Shown in pieces: positions 18,617 to 28,807 of a stretch of DNA of 64,000 nucleotides. The position numbers and the translations under genes were made by a program. Numbering within the stretch: position 1 is the stretch's first letter; each line of letters begins with the position of its first letter. The notes beneath the pieces were generated by a model. It was given only the letters and a program-made list of their open reading frames with translations, was not told where the DNA came from and ran no database searches. The stretch comes from an uncultured Actinomycetota bacterium (GTDB lineage Bacteria; Actinomycetota; Actinomycetes; Propionibacteriales; Nocardioidaceae): positions 1,078-65,077 of the forward strand of contig CAWCGM010000050.1 in assembly GCA_963795095.1 (NCBI GenBank), in the 5' to 3' direction.

Positions 18617-19426
18617 TCAGGCGAGGAAGCCAGCGGCCGCGAGGGCCTCGACGAAGCTGTCCCAGCCGGCGGCCGACGTGCCCACGACGACGTTGCGCAG
18701 GTCACTCGAGTCGAGGGGCGCGCTGCCGTCGAGCAGGTCGAACCGACCTCCCGCCTCGCGCAGCACGAGCCCGCCCGCCGACCAGTCCCACGGCTTCGGA
18801 CCCGCCTCGACGTAGGCGTCGGCACTGCCGTCGGCGACGTGGCACAGGTCGAGCGCGCACGACCCCATCCGGCGGATGTCGCGCACCTCCGGGAGGAGCC
18901 GGGCGACGCACGCGGCCTGGTGCTCGCGGACCGAGCGCTGGTAGCCGAAGCCCGTGAGGACGAGCCTCTCCTGCAGCGGCGGTGTCGGGCGTACGCCGAT
19001 GGGGCGACCGCCGCGGGTGGCGCCGTGGCCCAGCGCGGCGGCGTACACGACGTCGGACAGGATCCCGACCACGGCGCCCGCCACCACCGTGCCGTCGACC
19101 TCCGCGGCGACCGAGACCGCGCAGTCGGGCAGGCCGTAGAGGTAGTTCACGGTGCCGTCGATCGGGTCGAGGATCCACCGCACGCCGCTCGTGCCGTGGT
19201 GGTCGTCGCCCTCCTCACCCTGGATCGAGTCGTCCGGCCGGATCTCCAGCAGGCGCTCGCGCAGCAGGTCCTCCGCCGCCCGGTCGGCCTGGGTCACGAC
19301 GTCGGTCGAGCTCGACTTGGTGTCGGCCACCTCGACGCCCTCGTGCCGCATCCGGCGCGCCAGGGTGGCGGCCTCCCGTCCGACGGTGAGGGCGACCTCG
19401 CGCAGCGCCTCGGCCGGCGACGTCAC
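18617..19426 (-). CDS. inositol monophosphatase family protein (SuhB-like)
   Basis: Motifs GEEG, WILDPIDGTVNYLYG and WDWSAG. The GTG at 19426 overlaps the hemH stop (GTGA). Confidence 0.8.
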   Translation of the reverse strand: MTSPAEALREVALTVGREAATLARRMRHEGVEVADTKSSSTDVVTQADRAAEDLLRERLLEIRPDDSIQGEEGDDHHGTSGVRWILDPIDGTVNYLYGLPDCAVSVAAEVDGTVVAGAVVGILSDVVYAAALGHGATRGGRPIGVRPTPPLQERLVLTGFGYQRSVREHQAACVARLLPEVRDIRRMGSCALDLCHVADGSADAYVEAGPKPWDWSAGGLVLREAGGRFDLLDGSAPLDSSDLRNVVVGTSAAGWDSFVEALAAAGFLA

Positions 19427-20547
19427 GAGTCGCGCCCGCACAGGGCCGGACGCGGCCCCCGCGGGTTGGGGCAGCAGCCGGCGCCGCACAGGTCGGGTCC
19501 GGCCGGCAGGGAGCCCACGGCGACCCGCGCGGGCTGCTCGCCGCGCTCGGCGGCCGCGCGCTCGAGGACGAGCTCGCGCACCATCGCAACGAAGCGCGGG
19601 TCGGTCCCGGCCGAGTCGGCACGCACCGCCCGGATGCCGACCCGCTTCGCGGTGGCCATCGCCTCGGTGTCGAGGTCGTAGATGACCTCCATGTGGTCGG
19701 ACACGAAACCGATGGGCACCAGCACCACCTCGGACACCCCGTCGCTCGCGAGGTCCTCGAGGTGGTCGTTGACGTCAGGCTCGAGCCACGGCGTCGACGG
19801 CGCGCCCGAGCGCGAGCAGTAGACGAGGTCGTGCCGGTGGCTGCGCCCGGTGACCTTCTTCACCCGGGTGGCGACCTCGTCGGCGGCGCTGCGGTGCTGG
19901 CGGACGTAGGCCGGACGTGGCTGACCGGCGGGGTCCTCCGAGCCGCTGCTCTCGCCCATCTCGGTCGGGATGGAGTGGGTGACGAAGACGAGTCGCGCGC
20001 TGTCGCCGCCGTCGGGCAGCTCGGCCAGCGCGGCGACGACCGCGTCGACAGCCGGCTCGATGAAGCCCGGGTGGTTGTAGTACTGCCGCAGCTTGTCGAG
20101 GCGCGGCGCACCCGGGACCTGCTCGACGGCGTCGAAGAGGTTCTCGCGGTACTGCCGGCACGACGACCACGAGGAGTACGCCGACGTCGCGAAGACCGCG
20201 GCCCGGGTGACGCCGTCGTCCTTCATCGTGGCGAGCGTGTCGGCGAGGTAGGGGTCCCAGTTGCGGTTGCCGAAGTAGACCGGCAGGTCGATGCCCTGGT
20301 CGGCGAAGTCCTTCTCGAGCGCGGCGATCAGCGCCCGGTTCTGGTCGTTGATCGGGCTCCGTCCGCCGAAGAGGAAGTAGTGCTCCCCCACCTGCTCGAG
20401 GCGCTCGCGCGGGATCCCCCGCCCGCGGGTGACGTTCTCCAGGAACGGCACCACGTCCTCGGGCTTCTCGGGTCCCCCGAAGGAGAGCACCAGCAGTGCG
20501 TCGTACGGCCTCGCGCCTGAGGCCTGGGGAGTGCCCGCGGAATTCAT
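19423..20547 (-). CDS. hemH: ferrochelatase (actinobacterial coproporphyrin-ferrochelatase type with a C-terminal Cys cluster)
   Basis: ATG at 20547. LLVLSFGGPEKPEDVVPFLENVT...FVTHSIP...GFVSDHMEV. The C-terminus CGAGCCPNP...LCG has four Cys. Confidence 0.85.
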   Translation of the reverse strand: MNSAGTPQASGARPYDALLVLSFGGPEKPEDVVPFLENVTRGRGIPRERLEQVGEHYFLFGGRSPINDQNRALIAALEKDFADQGIDLPVYFGNRNWDPYLADTLATMKDDGVTRAAVFATSAYSSWSSCRQYRENLFDAVEQVPGAPRLDKLRQYYNHPGFIEPAVDAVVAALAELPDGGDSARLVFVTHSIPTEMGESSGSEDPAGQPRPAYVRQHRSAADEVATRVKKVTGRSHRHDLVYCSRSGAPSTPWLEPDVNDHLEDLASDGVSEVVLVPIGFVSDHMEVIYDLDTEAMATAKRVGIRAVRADSAGTDPRFVAMVRELVLERAAAERGEQPARVAVGSLPAGPDLCGAGCCPNPRGPRPALCGRDS

Positions 20548-20580
20548 GAACTCAGCGTAGACAGACCTACCATCACCTCG

Positions 20581-21792
20581 ATGCTCGACTCCTACCGCCG
20601 GGTGCTGTCCCGCCCCGGCGCCCTCCGCTTCAGCAGCGCGGCGCTCGTCGCCCGGCTGCCCATCTCCATGGTGGGGCTCGGGATCGTCCTGCTCGTCGAG
20701 GAGCGGACCGGCTCCTACGGGCTCGCGGGCACGGTCTCGGCGGTGTTCGTGCTCGCCGAGGCGGCGTTCGCGGTGCTGCACGGCCGGTGGGTCGACCACT
20801 TCGGGCAGTTCCGCGTGCTGCCGATCGCGATCTCGGTCTTCGGCGCGGGGCTGGCGATGATGATGCTCGCGGTCGAGCAGGACTGGCCGCGGGCGCTGAC
20901 GTACGTCTTCGCGGCCGTCTCCGGCGCGGCCCTCCCCCAGGTCGGGGCGAGCGTCCGGACCCGCTGGTCCCACCTGCTCGACGAGCCCGGTGAGAAGCAG
21001 ACCGCCTTCGCCCTGGAGGCGGTCCTCGACGAGGTCGTGTTCGTCGTCGGCCCGGTGGTCGTGACCCTGCTGGCGACGAGCTGGCACCCCGTCGCCGGCC
21101 TGACCTTCGCGATCGTCACCGGCGTGCTCGGCACGTTCGCCTTCGCGTTGCAGCGCGGGACCGAGCCGCCCGCCGGGAGCACCACGACCACCGACGGCCC
21201 ACGGCCCTCGATGCCGTGGCGTCTCGTGCTGCCGCTGGCGCTGGTCTGCCTCACGCTCGGTGCGCTGTTCGGCGCCGCCGAGGTCACCACGGTCGCGTTC
21301 GCGGAGGAGCAGGGCAAGCGGTGGATCGCCGGGTGGCTGCTCGCGGCCTGGTCGTTCGGCAGCCTCGTCGCCGGCCTCGTCACCGGCGCCATCGCCTGGC
21401 GCAGCGGGCCGGACGTGCGGCTGCGGTGGGGCTCGGCGGCGATGGCGCTGGCGATGGCTCCACTGATGTTCATCCACTCGATCCCGCTGATGGCGGTGGT
21501 GCTCCTCGTCGGCGGGCTGTCGATCGCGCCCACCCTGATCGGCGCGATGACGATGGTCGAGCAGGGGGTCCCGTCCGGCCGGCTCACCGAGGGCATGGCG
21601 GTCCTGCACACCGGGATCGTCGCCGGGGTCGCGCCGGGCGCGGCCGTCGCCGGCTACGTCGTCGACCACAGCGGCGCCTCGGCGGCGTACGCCGTCGCGC
21701 TCGTGGCCGGCATCCTGGGCGCGCTCGCTGCCCAGGCTGCCCGGCCGAACCGGGTCGCATCCCGGCCGGGATCCCCTAGCCTGCGGGCATGA
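20581..21792 (+). CDS. MFS transporter
   Basis: 403 aa with about 12 predicted hydrophobic spans and an N-terminus typical of MFS_1. Confidence 0.75.
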   Translation: MLDSYRRVLSRPGALRFSSAALVARLPISMVGLGIVLLVEERTGSYGLAGTVSAVFVLAEAAFAVLHGRWVDHFGQFRVLPIAISVFGAGLAMMMLAVEQDWPRALTYVFAAVSGAALPQVGASVRTRWSHLLDEPGEKQTAFALEAVLDEVVFVVGPVVVTLLATSWHPVAGLTFAIVTGVLGTFAFALQRGTEPPAGSTTTTDGPRPSMPWRLVLPLALVCLTLGALFGAAEVTTVAFAEEQGKRWIAGWLLAAWSFGSLVAGLVTGAIAWRSGPDVRLRWGSAAMALAMAPLMFIHSIPLMAVVLLVGGLSIAPTLIGAMTMVEQGVPSGRLTEGMAVLHTGIVAGVAPGAAVAGYVVDHSGASAAYAVALVAGILGALAAQAARPNRVASRPGSPSLRA

Positions 21793-23093
21793 CGACCTGG
21801 CGCAACTGGTCCGGCCTCGAGGAGGCGACCCCGCGCGAGGTGGAGACGCCGACGTCGGTCGACGCGGTCGTCGACGTCGTACGCCGTGCGCGCGAGGCCC
21901 GCACCACGGTCAAGATGACCGGCACCGGGCACAGCTTCACCGGGATCGCCGCGCCCGAGCACACCCTGCTGCTGCCCGCCGGGCTCGACGGGGTCCTCGC
22001 GGTCGACCGCGAGGCGATGACCGTGACGGCCCGCGCCGGCACGCCGCTCAAGGACCTCAACCTCGCGCTCGAACGCCAGGGCCTGTCGCTGCACAACATG
22101 GGTGACATCGCCGAGCAGACCCTCGCCGGCGCCACCTCGACCGGCACCCACGGCACCGGCGGCACCGCCGCCGGACTGGCCGCGCAGCTCGCCGGGCTGG
22201 AGCTGGTCACCGGCACCGGCGAGGTCGTCCGGGCGTCGGCCGACGAGAACCCCGACGTCTTCGAGACGGCCCGGGTCGGCCTCGGCGCGCTCGGCATCCT
22301 GACCAGCCTCACGTTCCACGTCGAGCCCCTCTTCGTGATCGAGGCGCACGAGCAGCCGATGACGTGGGACGAGGCGCTGACGTCGTACGACGACATGGTC
22401 GCGGCGGCCCACCACGTCGACATGTACTGGTTCCCGCACACCGACCGGATGATGGTGAAGCAGAACGTCCGCACCGACCTCGCCCCCGGCGAGCAGGAGC
22501 CGCCGTCGCGGCTGGCCGCGTGGTGGGAGGACGACTTCGTCTCCAACACCGTCTTCGGCGGCCTGTGCCGCATCGGGTCCCGGGCGCCGGGCCTGGTCCC
22601 GCGGATCAACCGGGTCGCGGGACGCGCGCTCTCCGAGCGCCGCTACAGCGACCTCGCCCACCGGGTCTTCGTCACCCCTCGACGCGTGCGCTTCCGCGAG
22701 ATGGAGTACGCCGTCCCCCGCGAGGTCGGCCTCGACGTGCTGCGCGAGTGCCGCCGGGTGATCGAGGCGAGCGACTGGCGGATCGCCTTCCCCGTCGAGA
22801 TCCGCACCGCACCCGCGGACGACGTACCGATGTCCACCTCCCACGGCCGCGACAGCTTCTACCTCGCCTTCCACGTGCCGCACGACACCGACCACCGCGC
22901 CTACTTCGGCGGCCTGGAGCCGATCCTGCGCGAGGCCGGCGGGCGACCCCACTGGGGCAAGGTCCACACGCGGTCGGCCGCGGACCTGGCACCGGCGTAC
23001 GACCGGTTCGACGACTTCCTCGCGATGCGCGACCGACTGGACCCCGACCGGGTCTTCGCCAACCCCTACCTGCGGCGCGTCCTTGGACCGTGA
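21789..23093 (+). CDS. FAD-linked D-arabinono-1,4-lactone oxidase / L-gulonolactone dehydrogenase-like oxidoreductase
   Basis: NWSG...GTGHSFTGIA N-terminal FAD-binding PCMH domain. C-terminal ALO domain (RPHWGK). Confidence 0.8.
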   Translation: MTTWRNWSGLEEATPREVETPTSVDAVVDVVRRAREARTTVKMTGTGHSFTGIAAPEHTLLLPAGLDGVLAVDREAMTVTARAGTPLKDLNLALERQGLSLHNMGDIAEQTLAGATSTGTHGTGGTAAGLAAQLAGLELVTGTGEVVRASADENPDVFETARVGLGALGILTSLTFHVEPLFVIEAHEQPMTWDEALTSYDDMVAAAHHVDMYWFPHTDRMMVKQNVRTDLAPGEQEPPSRLAAWWEDDFVSNTVFGGLCRIGSRAPGLVPRINRVAGRALSERRYSDLAHRVFVTPRRVRFREMEYAVPREVGLDVLRECRRVIEASDWRIAFPVEIRTAPADDVPMSTSHGRDSFYLAFHVPHDTDHRAYFGGLEPILREAGGRPHWGKVHTRSAADLAPAYDRFDDFLAMRDRLDPDRVFANPYLRRVLGP

Positions 23094-23115
23094 GTCTCCG
23101 AGAGACTCAAGGTCC
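23085..23115. terminator. palindrome between convergent genes, containing the oxidase stop codon
   Basis: GGACC-g-TGAGTCTC-cga-GAGACTCA-a-GGTCC. It shares the GAGTC...GACTC core with the 17.8-kb repeats. Confidence 0.5.
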
Positions 23116-23135
23116 AGCGAGCGCTCGGCCGGCGC

Positions 23136-23771
23136 TCAGACGTTGGCCGGCCCCTTGGGCAGCGGCGCGCGCCAGCCGCGCACCAGCGCGAGCAGCCGGA
23201 AGCCGAGGCAGGTGCTGAACCCGGCGGCCGCCACGACGCCGAGCGGCAGGTCGGTCCGGTTCAGCAGGACCGCGACAGCCGCGCCCACCAGCGCGGGCGT
23301 GGCGTAGACCACGCCCTCGAAGATCACCGGGACGCTGCCGGCGAGCACGTCGCGGATCATCCCGCCCCCGATCCCGGTGACCATCCCGAGGAGCGCGGCC
23401 GGCAGCGGCTCGAGGCCGTAGTCGACGGCCTTGAGCGCGCCGGTCACGCAGAAGAGCGCGAGCCCGAAGGCGTCGAAGAGCGTGATCACCCGCTCGAGGC
23501 GGCCGATGGACGCGTGGAAGAAGAAGGTCAGCAGGCCGGCCGCGATCGGGACGAGCAGGTAGCGCCAGTCGGCGAGCGCCGCGGGCGGCGTGGCCCCGAT
23601 CAGCACGTCGCGGATGAAGCCGCCGCCGAGACCGGTGACGCCGCCGAGGACGAGCGCCGCGAAGAGGTCGAGGTTCTTGCGCACGGCGACCAGCGCGCCC
23701 GAGACCGCGAAGACGAAGATGCCGGTCAGGTCGAGCACGACCAGGGTCGTGGCGAACTCCGTCTCGGGCAC
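23136..23771 (-). CDS. trimeric intracellular cation channel / UPF0126 (YadS-like) membrane protein
   Basis: GTG at 23771. Two copies of the UPF0126 motif (GGVTGLGGGFIRDVL and GMVTGIGGGMIRDVL). Confidence 0.75.
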   Translation of the reverse strand: MPETEFATTLVVLDLTGIFVFAVSGALVAVRKNLDLFAALVLGGVTGLGGGFIRDVLIGATPPAALADWRYLLVPIAAGLLTFFFHASIGRLERVITLFDAFGLALFCVTGALKAVDYGLEPLPAALLGMVTGIGGGMIRDVLAGSVPVIFEGVVYATPALVGAAVAVLLNRTDLPLGVVAAAGFSTCLGFRLLALVRGWRAPLPKGPANV

Positions 23772-23947
23772 GTGGCGAAGGCTAGGCGCAGACTCCTGCA
23801 GGGTGCGAAATGACCGTGACTTCCACCGCTCGGCGCGCCGCAGCCGCAACCGGTCCGGAGCGTGCCGCTGGCGTAGGCTCGAGCGAAGCGATGCGCGTGT
23901 CGCATCCACGCCCACCAGAGAGCAATCCAGGCAGGAGCCCGCTGTCC

Positions 23948-24940
23948 ATGGCCAAGCTGACGTTCACCGGACGCAGCGGGGACGGCAAGCGCCTGCTGCT
24001 GGTGGACGAGTCGGGCCAGGAGCACTCCCTGGTGATCGACGCCCGGCTCCGTCGCGCCCTCCCGGGCGCGCCCGCAAGCGGCCCGAACACACACGGCCAG
24101 TTGGAGATCCCGATGGAATCAACCCTCCGTCCCCGCGACATCCAGGCCCGCATCCGTGCCGGTGAGACGCCCGAGGCGGTGGCGCACGCCGCCGGGACGT
24201 CGGTCGAGAAGATCATGCCCTTCGCCGCGCCCGTGATGGCCGAGCGCGCCCACGTCGCCCAGCGGGCCCAGCTCGCCTCCGTACGGCGTCGCGCGACCGA
24301 GTCCGGCGCCCGCACGCTCGGCGAGGCCGTCAGCGCGCACCTGCGCTCGCACAACGTCGACCCCGGCGCCGTCGAGTGGGACGCCTGGCGGCGCGAGGAC
24401 GGTCGCTGGACCCTGACCGCGTTGTACGACGTCGCCGGACGCATCGGCACCGGCACCTTCTCCCACGACCCCCGCGGCAACTTCGTGACCGTCGACGACG
24501 ACGACGCGCGCTGGCTGGTCGGCGACGGCACGCCAGCTGCGGCGGCCAGCGTCGAGCCCGCCGCCGACGACCTGGCTGCTGCCCGGCAGCGCCGCCTGAG
24601 CGCGGTCGACGACGACCCCGCCTTCGGCGACGACGCGATCGAGATGGTCTCCGACAGCGAGACACCGTCCGAGCCGGCTGCGGCGTCGTCCGACGAGTCG
24701 GACACCGAGACGACGATGGAGTTCGGCGAGGCGACCCTCGGCACGGAGCAGCCCGTCGAGGCCTACCTCGACGACGAGGCCACCGAGAGCCGGGACAGCC
24801 ACGACGAGCGGCCCGCGCACCCCTCCGGGGACGAGCCGGCCGCCGAGGCCCCGGAGCCGCGACGCCCTGCGAAGAAGCGTGGTCGGGCGTCGGTGCCGAG
24901 CTGGGACGAGATCATGTTCGGCGGCGGAAAGAACGACTGA
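23948..24940 (+). CDS. sepH: septation protein SepH (DUF3071)
   Basis: ATG at 23948. MAKLTFTGRSGDGKRLLLVDESGQEHSLVIDARLRRAL, HTH segment RPRDIQARIRAGETPEAVAHAAGTSVEKI, and a basic C-terminal tail ...KKRGRASVPSWDEIMFG. Confidence 0.75.
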   Translation: MAKLTFTGRSGDGKRLLLVDESGQEHSLVIDARLRRALPGAPASGPNTHGQLEIPMESTLRPRDIQARIRAGETPEAVAHAAGTSVEKIMPFAAPVMAERAHVAQRAQLASVRRRATESGARTLGEAVSAHLRSHNVDPGAVEWDAWRREDGRWTLTALYDVAGRIGTGTFSHDPRGNFVTVDDDDARWLVGDGTPAAAASVEPAADDLAAARQRRLSAVDDDPAFGDDAIEMVSDSETPSEPAAASSDESDTETTMEFGEATLGTEQPVEAYLDDEATESRDSHDERPAHPSGDEPAAEAPEPRRPAKKRGRASVPSWDEIMFGGGKND

Positions 24941-24949
24941 GCCGCCTGC

Positions 24950-25796
24950 ATGCCGCAGCTCCTCGGGCTCAACGTCCATCCCCTGAAGTCGGGTGCCATC
25001 CGCCCGGTCCGCTCGATCGGCGTGCTGCCGGGCGGCCTGCGCGGCGACCGGACGTGGATGGTCGTCGACGGCGCCGGCGCGGCTGGTCTCGGCGCGTGAG
25101 GTCCACGGTCTCTTCCACGTGGTGGCCGACACCCCCGACACCGACACCGCGGTCACGTCCGCCCTGCGGCTCCGGATGCCGGGCCTGCCCGACCTCCACC
25201 TCGACGAGCCGGCCGGCGAGCCCGAGCCGGTCCGGCTCTTCTCGCTCGACCTGCTGGCGGTGCCCGCCGGACCCGACGCCGACGCCTGGGTCCGTGCCGC
25301 GCTCGGCCGCGACGACGTACGCCTCGTGTGGTGCGACGACCCGACCCGCCGCACGCTCCAGCCGGGCTTCTCGCAGCCGGGCGACCACGCCGCCTTCCCG
25401 GACTCGTTCCCGGTCACCGTCGCGTCGACGGCATCGCTGCGGCAGCTGAACGACTGGATCCTCGAGCGCGCCCTGGAGCTCGGCGAGGAACCCGCCGAGC
25501 CGCTGCCCATGGAGCGGTTCCGCCCCAACCTCGTGGTCGACGCCGAGGAGCCCTTCGCCGAGGACCGGTGGGAGGCGCTGACCGTCGGCGGGGTGAGGTT
25601 CCGGGTGGGCAAGCCGGTCGGCCGCTGCGTGATGACGACCATCGACGCGGCCTCGCTGACGACCGCCAAGGAACCGATCCGCACCCTGGCCCGGCACCGG
25701 CGGTGGGACGGGAAGACGTTGTTCGCGGTGCACCTGGTGCCCGAGGGCTCCGGAACCCTCTCCGTCGGCGACGAGGTCGAGGTCGAGGTCTCCTGA
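24950..25796 (+). pseudogene. MOSC domain protein, apparent +1 nt at 25079
   Basis: My translation from ATG 24950 gives MPQLLGLNVHPLKSGAIRP...GDRTWMVVDGAG and then stops at 25097. The continuation RLVSAREVHGLF...GKPVGRCVMTTID is in ORF 24993..25796. Confidence 0.7.
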
Positions 25797-25799
25797 CGC

Positions 25800-26616
25800 T
25801 CAGTCCCGCTCGACGGGGCGGTCGGGGTCGGTGATCCAGCCGCTCCAGCTGCCCGGGTAGAGCGCAGCGCTGATGCCGGCGACCTCCATCGCGAGGATGT
25901 CGTGCGCGGCCGTGACGCCGGAGCCGCAGTAGGCGGCGACGGACGCTGCGGTGTCGGCCGCCGACGTGGGCGTACGTCTCGCGCAGCTCGGCCGCCGACC
26001 GGAAGCAGCCGTGCTCGTCGAGGTTGGACGTGGTCGGCACGTTGACCGCGCCCGGGATGCGACCGGCCACCGGGTCGACGGGCTCGACCGCACCCGCGAA
26101 GCGCTCCGCCGCGCGGGCGTCGACGAGCACGTCCACGTCCATCACGTCGTCGGGCCGCACCACGGGCATGTGCTTGTCGGTGGTGACAGCGAAGTCGCCC
26201 CGCTCGGTCCGGACCTCGCCGCCCTCGACCGGGAGACCGGCCGCGACCCACGCCGACCACCCGCCGTCGAGCACCCGGACGTCCGGGTGGCCGTGGAACC
26301 GCAGCAGCCACCAGGCGCGGGCCGCCCCGCGGCCCTGCCAGTCGTCGTACGCCACCACGGTCCGGTCCCCGCGCACGCCGGCGCGGCGCATCGCGTCCTC
26401 GAAGCGCGCCTCGTCGGGCAGCGGGTGCCGGCCGCCCTCGCCCGGCGGGTCGGCGAGGTCGAGGTCCATGTCGACGTACGCCGCTCCCGGCACGTGGCCC
26501 GCGCGGTGCTGCGCCTCCCCCGGCGGGCCGCCCATCAGGTAGCGCACGTCCAGGACCGTCACCTCGCCGAGGATCGCAGCGAGCTCGTCCGGGCGGATGA
26601 GGGGACCGTCGCTCAT
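25800..26616 (-). pseudogene. rhodanese-domain thiosulfate/3-mercaptopyruvate sulfurtransferase, apparent +1 nt near 25959
   Basis: The first rhodanese domain and the start of the second are in ORF 25414..26616. The active-site loop [12 protein letters not shown] and the C-terminus YPGSWSGW are in ORF 25800..26093. Confidence 0.75.
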
Positions 26617-26960
26617 GGGGAGGCCGCCCGGTCGATCGCCTCGATCTCCGCGGCGGCGACGGCCGCGACCTGGACCAGCTCAGCGCGACGACGTACGGGA
26701 TCGGACTCGACCAGCGCCTCGAAGACCTCCTCGAGCAGGATCGCGTCCCACGAGTGGGCGCCCGACTCCATCCGCGCGTCGTTCACCCGACGCCACCGCT
26801 CGACGACGGGGACGAACGGCTCGGTCCCGGTCGGCCCGACCGACGGATGGTCCTGGCGACCCCAGCGCGTGACCTGACGCCTGCGCTCGGCGGCGATCTC
26901 CCCGGCGATGGCGTCGATGCGCGCGAAGTCGTCGATCTCGTCCTCGCCTGCCTCGTCCAT
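26613..26960 (-). CDS. small conserved protein, tentatively MazG-like nucleotide pyrophosphohydrolase fold
   Basis: Internal ATG at 26960. RWGRQDHP...WDAILLEEVFEAL...AELVQVAAVAAAEIEAI resembles MazG-like helices. Its stop overlaps the sulfurtransferase start (ATGA). Confidence 0.45.
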   Translation of the reverse strand: MDEAGEDEIDDFARIDAIAGEIAAERRRQVTRWGRQDHPSVGPTGTEPFVPVVERWRRVNDARMESGAHSWDAILLEEVFEALVESDPVRRRAELVQVAAVAAAEIEAIDRAASP

Positions 26961-27015
26961 GCCCGGCACGGTAGTCGCCGGTCGCGGGCCTGCGCTGTGG
27001 CAGGATCGCCGGGTC

Positions 27016-27678
27016 ATGGCTGAACTGCACTTCTTCACGGGCACGATGGACTCCGGCAAGTCCACGCTGGCGCTCCAGACCAACCACAACCACGCCGCCC
27101 GCGGACGCGTCGGCCGGATCTTCACCACCCACGACCGCTCGGGCACCGCCACCGTGTCCAGCCGGCTGGGGCTCACCCACGAGGCGCTCGAGGTCGAGTC
27201 GGACTTCGACTTCTGGCGCTACGTCGTCGACACGCTCACCCGCGGCGGCCGCATCGACTACCTCATCTGTGACGAGGCCCAGTTCTACGCCGCCGACCAG
27301 ATCGACCAGCTCGCCAAGATCGTCGACGAGCTCCAGATCGACGTCTTCGCCTTCGGCATCCTCACCGACTTCCGCTCGATCCTCTTCCCGGGCAGCGCCC
27401 GCCTGGTCGAGCTCGCCGACCGGATGAACGTCCTCCAGGTCGAGGCGCTCTGCTGGTGCGGCAAGCGCGCCACCCACAACGCCCGCACGGAGAACGGCGC
27501 GATGGTCGTCGAGGGCGAGGTCATCGTCGTCGGTGACGTCGAGCAGGCCGACGAGCCGCCCGGGGGCCCCCAAGAGGTGGCCTACGAGGTCCTGTGCCGC
27601 CAGCACTTCCGCCGGCGGCTCACCGCCGACCGCGCCAAGGCCGTCAGCCTCGCCCCGGAGCCGCTCCCCTTCGGGTGA
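27016..27678 (+). CDS. tdk: thymidine kinase
   Basis: ATG at 27016. P-loop FFTGTMDSGKST, DEAQF, and zinc-site Cys (CWCG ... C). Confidence 0.9.
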   Translation: MAELHFFTGTMDSGKSTLALQTNHNHAARGRVGRIFTTHDRSGTATVSSRLGLTHEALEVESDFDFWRYVVDTLTRGGRIDYLICDEAQFYAADQIDQLAKIVDELQIDVFAFGILTDFRSILFPGSARLVELADRMNVLQVEALCWCGKRATHNARTENGAMVVEGEVIVVGDVEQADEPPGGPQEVAYEVLCRQHFRRRLTADRAKAVSLAPEPLPFG

Positions 27679-27684
27679 TGCCGG

Positions 27685-28800
27685 TCAGCCGACCAGGATC
27701 GGGATCAGCATCTCCGTCGAGGTCAGCGAGCCGTGGAGGCCGACGAGCGTGTCCTCGTAGGCGAAGTCGCGCGACGACATGATGCCGAGGTCGCCGTGGC
27801 AGGCGACCATCACGTCGCCGAGCCGCGGCAGCACGCCGTGGTCGACGGCTCCGAACCACCCACGCCCGATCGCGGCCTCCCGGGTCAGCACGGTCGCCCG
27901 GTCCCCCAGCACCTCGCTCCACGTGGCGACGACGTCGTCGACCGCTCGGGACGCGCAGTAGAGGTGGCGGAAGCGCGCCTCGCCGCCCAGGAGCGACACC
28001 CCGTCGCGCATGCCGTCGACCTCGTCGACGTCGACCCGCGCGTCTCGCGGGCTGTCGACCATGCCGTGGTCGGCGACGACCAGCAGCCGGGTGGACGCGG
28101 GCAGCGCCTCACGCATCTGCTCCGCCTCGGCATCGACCATCGCGAGCTGCTGGAGCCACTGGGTCGAGGCCACGCCGAACTTGTGCCCGGTCCAGTCGAG
28201 GTCGGAGTCGTAGACGTAGGTCAGCGACGGGTGGTGGGCCGAGGCGCTCACGGTCGCGGCGATCCGCTCGCCGACGCGGTCGGCACCGACGTACGTCGCC
28301 CCGCGCTGCGACGCCACGGTCAGGCCGGAGCCGGCGAACTCGCGCTTGTTGACCGAGGTGACGTGCACCCCCGCCCGCGCGAGCCGGCTGAACGCCGTCG
28401 GGTGCGGCTGCCAGTCCAGCGGGTCCACGGGCCGGTCCCACGACAGGTGGTTGAGCAGCTGGTCCGTGCCGGGGATGCGGGCGGTGAAGCCGACGAGTCC
28501 GTGCGCCCCTGGCGCCAGGCCGGTGCCGAGGGAGGTCAGCGAGGTCGCGGTGGTCGACGGCACGCCGGCGGTGCCCGTGGCGCCGCCCGCGACGAGCGAG
28601 GCGAGGTAGGGCGCGGCATGGCCGTAGCGCTCCAGCAGCTCGGCGCCGAGCCCGTCGATGAGGAAGACGACGTACGACGGCGCGGTGGGCAGCTCGAGCC
28701 CCACGGGGTGGCCGTCGAGGTCGGCGCCGAGCGCGCGGGCGACGGACGGGATGACGTCCGCCAGCGACCGGTCGCCGTAGGCCGGCGGTGTCAGGATCAC
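27685..28800 (-). CDS. alkaline-phosphatase-superfamily nucleotide pyrophosphatase/phosphodiesterase
   Basis: 371 aa. FLIDGLGAELL, GVPSTTATSLTSLGTG, VVADHGM. Confidence 0.75.
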   Translation of the reverse strand: MILTPPAYGDRSLADVIPSVARALGADLDGHPVGLELPTAPSYVVFLIDGLGAELLERYGHAAPYLASLVAGGATGTAGVPSTTATSLTSLGTGLAPGAHGLVGFTARIPGTDQLLNHLSWDRPVDPLDWQPHPTAFSRLARAGVHVTSVNKREFAGSGLTVASQRGATYVGADRVGERIAATVSASAHHPSLTYVYDSDLDWTGHKFGVASTQWLQQLAMVDAEAEQMREALPASTRLLVVADHGMVDSPRDARVDVDEVDGMRDGVSLLGGEARFRHLYCASRAVDDVVATWSEVLGDRATVLTREAAIGRGWFGAVDHGVLPRLGDVMVACHGDLGIMSSRDFAYEDTLVGLHGSLTSTEMLIPILVG

Positions 28801-28807
28801 GCGGTGA